A DNA stretch of 64,000 nt from Eledone cirrhosa (taxonomy: Eukaryota). Below are positions 53,401-64,000 of this stretch, one piece after another. The position numbers were made by a program, and so were the translations under genes. Positions within the stretch are counted from its first letter, which is position 1; the number at the start of each line of letters is the position of its first letter. Under the pieces are notes generated by a model. The model saw only the letters and a program-made list of their open reading frames with translations. It made no database searches and had not been told where the DNA came from. Where the stretch lies: contig OZ024740.1 in assembly GCA_964016885.1 (NCBI GenBank), forward strand, positions 375,410,001-375,474,000, read 5' to 3'.

Positions 53401-54968
53401 GTGAGAGCAGGATACAAGTTGGGAAGGGGAGAGCTTACCATCAATCACCTCCTCTTCATGGACGATCTTAAGCTCTTCGGGAAAAGTGAGAAGGAGTTGG
53501 ATGTGCTTGTTGACACTGTCCGTATTTTCAGCAGTGATATATGTATGCAGTTTGGTATTGGTAAATGTGGAGTCATTGTGATGAAGAGGGGTAGGTTGAG
53601 CAGAAGTAACGGGATCCAGATACCAACAGGTGAGATGATAAAGGAAATTGACTCTGAGGAAGGATACAAGTATTTGGGCGTTCTGGAGGCTGATGGCATA
53701 AAGAACAATAAAATGAAGGAATTGTTAAGAACTGAATACATTCGGAGAGTAAGGAGCGTATTGAAGTCACATCTGAACAGCAGAAATGCCATAAGCGCAG
53801 TAAATTCCCGAGCTGTGTCTATTATTAGGTACAGTGCGGGAATTCTGAGATGGAATGTTGCTGAACAAAAAGAAATGGATAGGAAGACTAGGAAGCTATT
53901 GACTATCTACAACATGTTCCACAAGAGGAGTGATGTCGATAGACTCTACCTAAGGAGATCTGAGGGTGGAAGAGGTCTTATCAGCATAGAGGACTGTGTT
54001 CAGATGGAGAAAAACAACCTATACAAATACGTGACCTATAGTAAGGAGCCAATGCTCAGAACTGTACTGAAGGAGGGGACAGTAGGCCAGGGGATGTCCA
54101 AGGAGGAAATAACATCAAGGAGGAAGAGCAGCCTTAAGGGAAAATCCCTTCATAGTACCTTCTTTGAGAAAACTGAATTTAGAGATCCACAGACATGGAA
54201 CTGGTTGAGAAGAGGAGACCTCAAAAAGGCTACAGAAGGAATGCTAATGGCTGCGCAGGAGCAGGCCCTCAAAACGAAGTGGTTGAAGCACCATATCTAC
54301 AAGGAGGAGGCTAGCCCACTGTGCAGGATCTGTGGAGAGAGAGAGGAGACTGTGGCTCACATTGTGTCCGAGTGTAAACACCTAGCCCAGACCCACTATA
54401 AGGGCTGGAGACACGATGTGATGGGCAGGGTGATCCACTGGCACCTGTGCAAAGTAAACAATCTACCACATTCTGAGAAATGGTATGAGCATAGGCCAGA
54501 GGCGGTGATGGAGAACAGTCAGGTGAAGGTGCTGTGGGATTTTAGGATACAGACGGACAAAAAACTGGAACACAATAGACCTGACCTGGTGGTTGTGGAC
54601 AAAGAAAAAAGATCGTGCCTGATTGTGGATGTGGCCTGCCCGTTCGACACGAGAGTGCAAGAGAAGGAGAGGGAGAAAATTAACCGATACCAGGACCTAA
54701 AGTGGGAGGTGAAAAGGATTTGGAACTGCCATGAAGTCAAAGTGATCCCGATTGTCATAGGCGCACTGGGGACTATCTCCAAAGGTTTCCAGGGATGGTT
54801 AAAGAAAATCGGCCCCTTCACGCTTTTTGGAACGCTTCAAAAGGCATGCTTGCTTGGAACAGCAAGAACCCTCCGATACGTCCTGAATATCTGAGGCTGC
54901 AGGTAGTGGCTTGATATTCAATCCAACGGACTTTCCAGTTAACCAACATCAATGACTGAGATTCAAGG
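50491..54968 (+). mobile_element. R4/Dong-like RLE retrotransposon copy 2, apparently intact
   Basis: ~1 kb leader, single ORF, ~75-bp 3' UTR; (TAA)n on both sides. Confidence 0.92.
51502..54894 (+). CDS. 1130-aa RT + CCHC + restriction-like endonuclease polyprotein (R4/Dong clade)
   Basis: Uninterrupted ORF: [71 protein letters not shown]. Confidence 0.95.
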   Translation: METRTSCDRLSPNRCPLAQQQEPDCQPNTADVGGRRRRKGARTNWTKELNRTVMQCYLKSNPKERGYRRRMHNIWNEIGLFKLDEQKLAGQARVIRTNGWISELELGELSRENGLEMAGVVCQTSEPVGNEGEEVLRTEEPPEADNDLNTEINNTWNRDTATEEMNADGLGQDSVDILNLVVDELNNDSGRPMNLRFVDRKKLKETTAKVNKVIPYLEARSLHQCNNILKATANTVRKLLGIKARGNNRQERAEPWWKKRLSGQLGEMRNDIGKLESLLNGTLKNIGTKNRLEIKYKTRSKKLNIIIEELKQRIVAKNAKIRRYENRVSQYKQNRMFDNNQKMLFGQLEGKERGNDLIPGAEPSKTFWRGIWEQDVRHNAQAGWIETVQREIGEKAQQQTDLSITVETLKGQAKKLTNWKSPGPDGVQGYWIKHLTSLHPKLTAMFNDCLVSGEVPEWLTKGTTVLIMKDRIKGNDVTNYRPITCLPVMWKLLTSIVSEEIYHHLHTNNLLPDEQKGCRKKSRGTKDQLLIDKMVMGNCRRRHTDLAMGWIDYRKAFDMVPHSWITKSLEVFRVADNIRQLLGRSMGSWETELTSTGVSLGSVKIKRGIFQGDSLSPLLFVLALMPLTIMLRKVRAGYKLGRGELTINHLLFMDDLKLFGKSEKELDVLVDTVRIFSSDICMQFGIGKCGVIVMKRGRLSRSNGIQIPTGEMIKEIDSEEGYKYLGVLEADGIKNNKMKELLRTEYIRRVRSVLKSHLNSRNAISAVNSRAVSIIRYSAGILRWNVAEQKEMDRKTRKLLTIYNMFHKRSDVDRLYLRRSEGGRGLISIEDCVQMEKNNLYKYVTYSKEPMLRTVLKEGTVGQGMSKEEITSRRKSSLKGKSLHSTFFEKTEFRDPQTWNWLRRGDLKKATEGMLMAAQEQALKTKWLKHHIYKEEASPLCRICGEREETVAHIVSECKHLAQTHYKGWRHDVMGRVIHWHLCKVNNLPHSEKWYEHRPEAVMENSQVKVLWDFRIQTDKKLEHNRPDLVVVDKEKRSCLIVDVACPFDTRVQEKEREKINRYQDLKWEVKRIWNCHEVKVIPIVIGALGTISKGFQGWLKKIGPFTLFGTLQKACLLGTARTLRYVLNI

Positions 54969-55005
54969 AATAACAATAACAATAATAATAATAATAATAA
55001 TAATA

Positions 55006-55968
55006 CAAAAAAAACAACCTACACAAATACGTGGCTGATAGTAAGGAGCCAATGCTCAGAATTGTACTGAAGGAGAGGACAATAGACCAGGGGATGTCCA
55101 AGGAGGAAATAACAAGGAGAAAGAGCAGCCTTCATAAAAAAATCCCTTCATATTAACTTCTTTGAGAAAACTGAATTCAGAGATCCACAGACGTGGAACT
55201 GGTTGAAAATAGGAGACCTTAAAAAGGCTACAGAAGGAATGCTAGTGACTGCGCAAGAGCAGGCCCTCAAAACGAAGTGGTTGAAATATATTTACAAGGA
55301 GGGGGCTAGCCCACTGTGCAGGATCTGTGGAGAGAGAGAGAGGAGACTGTGGCTCACATTGTATCCGAGTGTAAACACCAAGCCCATACTCACTATAAGG
55401 GCTGGAGACATGATGTGATGGGCAGGGTGATCCACTGGCCCCTATGCAAAGTAAACAATTTACCACATTCTGAGAAGTGGTATGAGCATAAGCCAGAGTC
55501 GCTGATAGAAAACGATCAGGTGAAGGTGCTGTGGGATTTTAGGATACAGACGGACAAGAAACTGGAATACAATAGACCTGACCTGGTGGCTTTGGACGAG
55601 GAAAAAACATCGTGCCTGATGGTAGATGTAGCCTGCCCATTCGACACGAGAGTGCAAGTGAATGAGAGGGAGAAAATTAACCGATACCAGGACTTAAAGT
55701 GGGAGGTAAAAAGGATTTGGAACTGCCATGAAGTTAAAGGGGTCCCGATTGTCATAGGCGCACTAGGTACTATCTCAAAATGTTTCCAGGGATGGTTAAA
55801 GAAAATTGGCCCCTTCACGCTTTTTGGAACGCTTCAAAAGGCATGCTTGCTGGGAAGAGCAAGATCCCTCCGATACGTCCTGAATATCTGAGGCTGCAGG
55901 TAGTGGCTTGATATTCATTTCAACAAACTTTCCAGTTAACTAACATCAATGACTGAGACTCAAAGAAC
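55006..55968 (+). mobile_element. 5'-truncated Dong-like copy 3
   Basis: Repeats ~54010-54968 directly after the TAA tail; frameshifted. Confidence 0.9.
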
Positions 55969-55992
55969 GATAATAATAGTAATAATAATAAT

Positions 55993-56179
55993 AATTGTTT
56001 CTACTTTAGGCACAAAGCCAGCAATTCACCAGTGCATTACTGGTACTTTATTTTATCGACCCCGTAAGGATGAAATGCAAAGTCAACCTCGGCGGGATTT
56101 GAACTCAGATCGTAAAGGGACGTAACTATGCTTGAAAGCATGGCGTCCGACCCTCTACCGATACTGCCAATCCACCGCC

Positions 56180-56180
<1 letters not shown>
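55993..56180 (-). mobile_element. SINE family A, full length, inside (TAA)n
   Basis: Matches the other copies. Confidence 0.88.
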
Positions 56181-56246
<66 letters not shown>

Positions 56247-56248
<2 letters not shown>

Positions 56249-56375
56249 TTTTCTTTATTAACCACAAGGGTTCACATAAAGTAGACATTAAGGACAGTAC
56301 AGGACAATACAGGACGGTACAAATGGGCATTTCTGCGTGTAAAAAAACAGAGGTTGAAATAAAATAACAAAGAAA

Positions 56376-56376
<1 letters not shown>
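56247..56376 (-). mobile_element. Very short 3' end of the Tx1-like element between TAA tracts
   Basis: Matches 44596-44725. Confidence 0.85.
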
Positions 56377-56407
<31 letters not shown>

Positions 56408-56409
<2 letters not shown>

Positions 56410-57497
56410 CTCGTTTTGAAACACGAAAGCATCAAAAGATCATATTCCATTACAAAAGATGCACAAAGATACAGTAATGGACTACAAATTTCAGAAGTCC
56501 CATTTACTGCTGAAATGGAAAACACAGAAAAAGCAAAGCAGGTAAAAGTAACTGCAAAGAAAGAACTGCTACAGAAACTGGCTAAGAAATGGCAAGAAAA
56601 GCCTCTGTATGGAAAATACCCAGAGCGAGCTAACAATCCTGATGTTGACAAAACTTTAACCCATCAGTGGTTGGCGTCCTCTGGACTGAAATCGGAGACT
56701 GAAGGACTAATTATATCGGCACAAGATCAGTGTCTGCCAACAAAAAATTACCAAGCCAACATAATAAAAAATGGGTGCAGCCCATTATGCCGTGTATGCA
56801 AAAAACAACCAGAGACCATTGACCATATAATTTCAATGTGCAGTCCTATAGCTCCAACCGAATACCTAAACAGGCATGACAGAGCTGCACAATACATACA
56901 TTGGATAATGTGTAAGCATTTTGACCTGCCCCATCAAAAGAATTGGTGGGAGCATCAACCACCTCCCATACTTGAAAAGGTTCACATCTCAATCTTGTGG
57001 AACTTTAGCATCCAAACAGACCGAAAAATAGATGCAAACAGACCTGATATAATATTGAAAGACTTTCAAAAGAGGGTATGCCTGCTAATTGATATGTCTG
57101 TTCCAATAGACAAGAATGTATCTATAAAAACATTTGAAAAATTGAGCAAGTATAAGGACCTGGAGATAGAAATTGGAAAAATGTGGAAATTGAGAACTAA
57201 AACAATACCAGTGGTTGTAGGCGCTCTGGGAAAGATACCTAAGGGGTCTAATGATTACATATCGCAAATCCCAGGAAACCCGCGTATAGGAGAAATACAA
57301 AAGATAGTACTAATCGGAACTGCCCATATACTAAGGAAGATTCTGTCAATATAAGTACATCACAAGTTTAAACACTAAAGATGCATGTGTGAATATGTAT
57401 GTTCTTTCTTGAACATGGCGGACCTTGTTGTCTCTTGAGGTCACTGGTTGTAACTTGGTGATAACTCGTATGAACATAAAGCAAGATAAATGCAACT

Positions 57498-57499
<2 letters not shown>
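56408..57499 (+). mobile_element. 5'-truncated RLE element of a second R4/Dong-like family
   Basis: Open frame 56416-57354: ETEG..AQDQ, CRVC..ETIDHIISMC, RHD, RPDIILKD..LIDMSVP..EK; divergent from family 1; flanked by (TAA)n. Confidence 0.88.
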
Positions 57500-57551
<52 letters not shown>

Positions 57552-57561
57552 TAATAATAAA

Positions 57562-57685
57562 TTGTCCCCCCTGCTGTTTGTCCTTACCCTCAGACCCCTG
57601 ACCGTTATATTGCGAAAAGTGAGAGCAGGATACAAGTTGGGAAAATGAAAGCTTGCCATCAACCACCTCCTCTTCATGGACGATA
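57562..57685 (+). mobile_element. Internal RT fragment of Dong family 1
   Basis: Matches ~53344-53466 (LSPLLF...INHLLFMDD). Confidence 0.75.
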
Positions 57686-59395
57686 TTCTATTTTGGAATA
57701 GAATATCGACAAAGAATCAGGAGGCTGATAAATCCCTACAATGGAGTTGAAAATGTAAATATATGACATGGTAGAAGCGCAAATCACATGAATATGATTG
57801 TTTTATTTCTTTATAACATTGAATACAATAAAACGTTAATCTTTAAAAAACATTGTTAAAATTTACTGACAAATTTATGATATATTCATGGAAGAGCATA
57901 GAAAAAAACTTTTTTTTTCTTTGTTTCGTTCAGAGAAAATATTTTTCTTCGGCAGCGAGTCTTCCCACATTTGTATTGCATATTAACGTAGTTTATGTTT
58001 ATATGCTTTGTAATATACACTTCCATTTGCTTAAACGTCATGTTAGTGATACTAGCAAATAAATATATATATATATGAATGTATATATATATATATGATT
58101 TCGATTCTAATTATTTTATTTCCCAATGCTTCGCTTTGGGCCACATTTCATGCGAATGGCATTGTATATTGATTTAGAAAGAAATCATGCTGCATAGGAA
58201 TGTTTTACATTAACAGTAATTTAGACGGCTGTCAATCACGTGTGATACCTAATATAAATATATTATATGCGTCATTTACTGTCTCTTGATTCTTTGTTTA
58301 ACAGGTATTTTGTAACATTCTTCCATTCTTGCAATAAAAAGTCTTAACCTTCGAATTCAAACGTGATGTAGCGGAGATATACCTACGTAAATTATTCGTT
58401 ATTGTGTATATTAAATTAGTTTTTCTATTTAGCAGAAGGATAGAGATATGAATAAATGTTTCATGATACGCAGAGTGTTTTACCTTAAAAAACTATTTTC
58501 AGATAAGTTTGTCCGATTCGTCTGGGGTACCAAGTAACCTGGCCAAGAGCATATTTCTCATAGAGAAATCTACTAATGGTCAGTAAAATATACAACGTTT
58601 CATCTTTGCGCACTTGGAGGATTTTTGTTTGTTTCTGCGTCTTCGTAGACATTGCTACGTGCCGTTTGATAATATACTTGATGACTTTAATATCAACTCA
58701 AATTACATAAAACAAAATAGATGTCGTAGGGATATATGGTACTACACGAAACAAATGCAGCCTGGTTGTAGAAATGAAGAGCATATATTACAAAAGAAAA
58801 AACAAAAACTCATATACATAGCACAGAATACATGATTTCTAATCGCAAACCCAAATCTGGATACATGGGTAGTCAAACCACAACATAGAACGTACTATAA
58901 ATTTTAAAGCAAGTATGATAATTGTGAATTTTATTAAGAAAATATACACATTTGTAAAACCAGCACGATGTTTACCAATCCATAAATCATGCAGTTACAA
59001 CAAGGAGTTATCGCAAAACATTTACATACAGTACATGCAGAAAATAGATTGGGATACTTTTAGTCATAATACTATATAGAATTCGATAACAAACAATGTG
59101 AACAATTATAGAGGCTCAAACTAATATCAGAATATAAGCAAGGAAATGACATAGATACTGCATACGTGAACACAATTATGATCAATGCCATGTTTCTACA
59201 TTATAGAAATATTAAATCCAGGGCCGATGATTTCCTACCAATCCTATAGTCATTTAAGACCATTGATAAAAAGCGGAGAATATATCAGTAGTATCATTAT
59301 GAATCTGCAGATGGAGTCATGAATGCTTTGATATGTTAACACAAAAAATGATTTAGAAAGCAAGCTAACTACTTACACGCTCACGCACACACTCA

Positions 59396-59448
<53 letters not shown>

Positions 59449-59475
59449 ACACACGCACACGCATACCCACACACA

Positions 59476-59514
<39 letters not shown>

Positions 59515-59729
59515 ACACACATATATATCTATATATGTATATATATATGTGAGTGTATCTCTGTTTCTGTGTGTGTATACAGAGAGAGAAAGAAAGGAAG
59601 AGATATACAGAAAGAATCAGAGACAGAGATAAGAGAAAAACATAGGTTGACTTCAGAGGCATTGGAAAATGTTTCATTTCAATTGTAGTCCTCCATTTTT
59701 GCAATTATTATTTCTAATAATCTGATAGA

Positions 59730-59915
59730 GCGGTGAATTGGCAGTATCGGTAGAGGGTTGGACGCCATGCTTTCTAGCATAGTTACGTCCCTTTACAGTC
59801 TGAGTTCAAATCCCGCCGAGGTTAACTTGGCCTTTCATCCTTACGGGGTCGATAAAATAAAGTACCAGTAATGTACTGGGTAATTTATGACCTTGTGCCT
59901 AAAGTAGAAACAATT
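59730..59915 (+). mobile_element. SINE family A, full length
   Basis: A box TGGCAGTATCGG, B box GAGTTCAAATCCC, central GCCTTTCATCCTTACGGGGTCGATAAAATAAAGTACCAG; ATTATTTCTAATAATC on both sides (TSD-like). Confidence 0.9.
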
Positions 59916-60045
59916 ATTTCTAATAATCGTGTATATACATATAAACATTTGCATTGAGATATACAGACAAACGAGCAAAAGTACACATTAGAAAAACACA
60001 GTCACACTCACAGAGTCAAACGCAACCACTCCTATATATATAAGT

Positions 60046-60290
60046 ATAATAAGCATGCATGTCCCCTTGAAAACAAATGGCTGATGAATGATATCGTATA
60101 TAAATGGGATGCTATTTCTGGTGACAACGACAACAACAAAAACAAGATATCTAATACCTTTAAAACACGATGGTACTCCTACACCCACTCTTTTACTAAA
60201 TCAAACCAAACTGCACTCGCCGCCTATATACGGGACAACAAGAATTCTTCCATCTCAAGCTCAAATTGTAAATATCTAGAGGGTGCGCAT
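60046..60290 (+). pseudogene. Degenerate PLE GIY-YIG remnant
   Basis: NKHACPLENKWLMNDIVYK...NTFKTRWYSYTHSF..TALAAYI; inverted homolog at 61145-61425. Confidence 0.6.
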
Positions 60291-60522
60291 ATGTATATAT
60301 ATATGTATATATATATGTATATATATATATGTATAAGCGTCGGGGCCCGACGGCTGAGGAGTTGGCGTTTCGCCAGCAAGTCGAAAAGGCAAGATCTCAG
60401 CAATCGGGCACCGTATTTTTTAGATATTTTCAATCTACTATTGCAAGTATTGTGTTCCCTGATGAATAAATGATCTTACTCGTTTAAAGCGGGTATTCTT
60501 GTTCTCTCTCTCTCTCTCTCTC

Positions 60523-60596
<74 letters not shown>

Positions 60597-60677
60597 TTCT
60601 CGCTTCTCTCTCTCTCTCTCTGTATATATATACACACACACACTCATATATACACACATACGCACATACACACACAT

Positions 60678-60724
<47 letters not shown>

Positions 60725-60804
60725 TATATATATATATGTGTGTATGTGTGTGTTTGTGTGTGTTTGTGTTTGTGTATGTTTGTGTGTGTGTGCGTGTGAG
60801 AGAG

Positions 60805-61591
60805 TTCCGGGTCCAATCATGGGTAACACCATGAATAAATTACTCAATTCATTAGTTGAGTGTAAACATCAAGTTTAATAGAAATGGCTTCCTCACGTCT
60901 AGAACTATATCATTCAAAAGAAATCACCAGGAAAGCAAACAGTCATTGTAATGTGGAGATGCGTGTTAGAATGTCTAAACTATCCATCTGTGGGTAAAAC
61001 TGAATTCTAAGTTTTATACATTGCATAGTTTCCGTGTATGCAGTTCGAACAATGTTTGGAGAGTTGGTGCAGACTCGGACCCTTGGCAGATAATATATCA
61101 TAGCTCTCCGAAAAAACATAGGTCACAGCATTTATGCCTGCCTATGTATGCGCGCACCCTCTAGATATTTACAATTTGAGCTTGAGATGGGAGAATTCTT
61201 CTTGTGGTCCCGTATATAGGCGGCGAGTGCAGTTTTGTTTGATTTGTTCGGTCAACTAAAAGAGTGGGTGCAGGAGTACCACCGTGTTTTAAAGGTATTA
61301 GATATATTGTTTTTGTTGTTTTCGTTGTCACCAGAAATAGCATCCCATTTATATACGATACCATTGATCAGCCATTTGTTTTCAAGGGGACATGCATGCT
61401 TATTATGGCAGTTACACTGTACTCTATACAAGGCATGAGTTTCGGAGGTAATTGACTTGTTTAGCTTCGTTGGCTATGTTCCTAGTTATTTTATAATAAG
61501 ACATAAATACAACCGTATTACAATTGCTTTCCTGATGATCTATTTTGAAGGAAACAATTCTAGTCCTGTAGAAGCCATTTCTATATAAAAA

Positions 61592-61595
<4 letters not shown>
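60805..61595 (-). mobile_element. Non-autonomous PLE derivative: GIY-YIG remnant between inverted HHR-type repeats
   Basis: CNCHNKHACPL..IVYK remnant at 61145-61425 (-); decayed HHR at 60887-60936 (-); HHR at 61526-61575 (+). Confidence 0.6.
61526..61575 (+). ncRNA. Hammerhead ribozyme (weak stem II)
   Basis: GCTTTC-CTGATGA-12 nt-GAA ACA..TGT A-GAAGC; same family as 62920. Confidence 0.6.
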
Positions 61596-61656
<61 letters not shown>

Positions 61657-61718
61657 ATAATAATAAATTTGAAGACTAAAATCTAAAAGCGATTATTTGC
61701 TTAAACTTTAATCTGTTA

Positions 61719-61765
<47 letters not shown>

Positions 61766-62055
61766 AAAAAAAGATGAAATCGAAAATGTCTTATTTTTTT
61801 TTAAATATATATATTTATTTGGTTCCTTTACCGGTTTCGCAGTTCTTCTGCTTTTCAAGAGTAGAGTTGAGATGGAGGGTCTGTGGTTTTTTTCACATCT
61901 GGTTTGTCTTTGAATGTTACTTGTTTTATATGGAAAAAAGTGGCTCGAAACGCCAGGTTTTTAGAGAAGTATTTTGATTGGCTGGTCATTAAATACAATA
62001 AATTTCGCGCCAGATCGCGTTAGAAAGTTCTTCAAACTAGGGGGGGGGGACTCAT

Positions 62056-62566
62056 GTTGTTTTTTTCATATATGAGTGAAGTTTGGTTGGTTGATGTAGA
62101 CACGTGAATAAGCACATCAACTCTCGCGCGAATTTGTTTGAATTTGTTTTACTTAAAAAAAGCGGCTCACGAAGGTTTTTTTTAATAAATGTAATTTCAT
62201 TGGTTATAATTGAAATTATGCTGTCACGTGAACAAGTTCATTAAATTTCGCGCCCGTATTTGGGAGTTTATTTTGTAGCCTTTTAGAGAAATTTATGACA
62301 AACAAAAGATAAGGGTCAAGAGAAATGGGGTGGGGGAATTGTTCTGGTTCAGTGTATATGGCAAGTTGTTTTTCATATATGAGTGAAGTTTGGTTGGTTG
62401 TTGTAGTCACGTGAATAAGCACATCAGCTTTCGCGACAATTTGTTTGAATTTCTTTTTATTTTACTTAAAAAAGGGGCTCACGAAGGCTTTTTTCAATAA
62501 ATGTAATTTGATTGGTTATAAATGATATTATGACTGTCACGTGAACAAGTTCATTAAATTTCGCGC
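62056..62566. repeat. Diverged ~200-bp direct repeat (two copies, ~310-bp spacing)
   Basis: CATATATGAGTGAAGTTTGGTTGGTTG...CACGTGAACAAGTTCATTAAATTTCGCGC occurs twice. Confidence 0.85.
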
Positions 62567-62739
62567 GTGTGCGTGTATGTGTGTGTGTTTGTAGGAAAAT
62601 ATTTTGTGTGTTTGTAGTAGAAATATTTTTGAATGAACATATTTTCCTTATTTATTCGAATTTGTTCTGTTGTATTATCAGCGCAAACGTATGTTAAGGT
62701 TTATTTAGTCCGGGTTTTTATTTTCTCAAGTAAGTGTTA

Positions 62740-62784
<45 letters not shown>

Positions 62785-62831
62785 GTTATTCCGGGTTGAA
62801 TCGGAGGTAACCACAGTAAGTAAGGTACTCA

Positions 62832-63005
62832 ATACATAGCAGAGTATAACAGTTTTAATATAGATGAGATTCTACAGGACTAGAACTGTTTCATTCATTA
62901 GAAATCATCAGGAATCCCTGAGATTCCTGATGATTTCTAATGAATGAAACAGTTCTAGTCCTGTAGAATCTCATCTATATTAAAACTGTTATACTCTGCT
63001 ATGTA

Positions 63006-63006
<1 letters not shown>
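62832..63006. repeat. Perfect ~85-bp-arm palindrome carrying back-to-back HHRs
   Basis: Arms symmetric about CCTGA at 62917-62921. Confidence 0.92.
62920..62972 (+). ncRNA. Type I hammerhead ribozyme (mirror copy on - at ~62866-62916)
   Basis: Stem I GAGATTC/GAATCTC; CTGATGA; stem II TTC/GAA; GAA; stem III ACAG/CTGT; GUA cleavage after 62965. Confidence 0.82.
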
Positions 63007-63039
<33 letters not shown>

Positions 63040-63051
63040 CACATATGTATG

Positions 63052-63136
<85 letters not shown>

Positions 63137-63140
<4 letters not shown>

Positions 63141-63395
63141 TAAGACATGTCTATAGAATCACCAGATAAAATATATACCATTTCCTCTCCCAATTAGCAT
63201 AATTAACCATATAAATAATCGAATAGACCAGGCTATAAGAATAAGGGTTCTATGAAGAAATCTCCAACAAATAACCGAAACTAACCCTTCGCGTCGGCTG
63301 CGACGGAATATTTATCGAATATTTCTACAGCGTAATAGCCCACTTATACAGTCAATTAAACAGAATTAGGTGTAAAATAAACTAGGAGAAATATG
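63137..63395 (-). repeat. Diverged solo fragment of the 673-bp array unit
   Basis: CATGTCTATAGAATCA.CAGATA..AATTAGCATAATTAACCATATA matches the reverse complement of ~2635-2905. Confidence 0.75.
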
Positions 63396-64000
63396 TATAT
63401 ATGTATATATATATATATATATATATACATACACACACACATAACACCTTCTACTTTAGGAAATAAAAATATGTATGTATTTTTACTTTGTTATAGTGTT
63501 GAGTCCATAAACATTTCTAATGTCCAGAACAACACGGTCTCATCACCGGGAATATGATAGGTTTATTTTCATGGACACTTTTATCATAGGCATCTGCATT
63601 TTATGAAGTTATTTCTGGTTCTACTTACTTTCTTTCCATCATTGTATGTTTGGCTTAGCGGAATTTGAGTCAGCGAGAAAATGTGTGAAAGAAGATTTAC
63701 TTAATATTCTTTTCTAACCTTTCCGAAGTATGCAATGCAATATCAATATAAAAAGGGACCCAATTCATCTGGATATATTTTAGGTTTATGGATTTCATCC
63801 ATATACCACTTTTGAAAAAACCTCCGTTCATGAGAACATTTCTCTCTCAAAATATTAACAGCTGATGCATTTTGATATAGAATCCAGTTTGTGATGTGCC
63901 CATGACAACTAATACATTCTTGATAATATTTCTCAGCATAGAAACTAACACGTGAATACACCTTCTGTAGTTATATATAGAACTGTATACATGTAAGTGG

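Noticed and set aside
51699-53792. Antisense ORFs within the LINEs
   Set aside because: Shadow frames of the RT ORF with no independent motifs
59730-59820. tRNA gene
   Set aside because: A/B boxes belong to a SINE head; no cloverleaf, and it continues into SINE body and tail
60455-60500. CTGATGA as a hammerhead core (also 33405-33415 on -)
   Set aside because: No downstream GAAA/stem III/stem I pairing found
63500-63961. Possible coding exon on the minus strand
   Set aside because: Short, interrupted by stops, no recognisable motif

Overview
AT-rich, microsatellite-dense eukaryotic (metazoan) DNA, probably cephalopod/octopus-like judging by the SINE and repeat style (inference). No host gene can be supported; the window is a retroelement landscape partitioned by microsatellite type. 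(1) (TA)n tracts hold Penelope-like (PLE) remnants (RT thumb, GIY-YIG) and at least five sequence families of type I hammerhead ribozymes (HHRs). These include a 9-copy head-to-tail array of a ~673 bp HHR unit (retrozyme/pLTR-like), HHRs with greatly extended stem II (up to ~100 nt) and a U3-A8 core variant. (2) (TAA)n tracts hold two non-LTR families in opposite polarity: Tx1/L1-like elements on - and R4/Dong-like RLE elements on +, one with an intact 1130-aa ORF. They alternate Tx1-Dong-Tx1-Dong, with tRNA-derived SINEs alongside. (3) There are also decayed RTE LINEs (one with C-terminal C2H2 fingers) and decayed RLE elements. Boundaries were read by eye and are approximate; RNA structures were paired manually, not computed.
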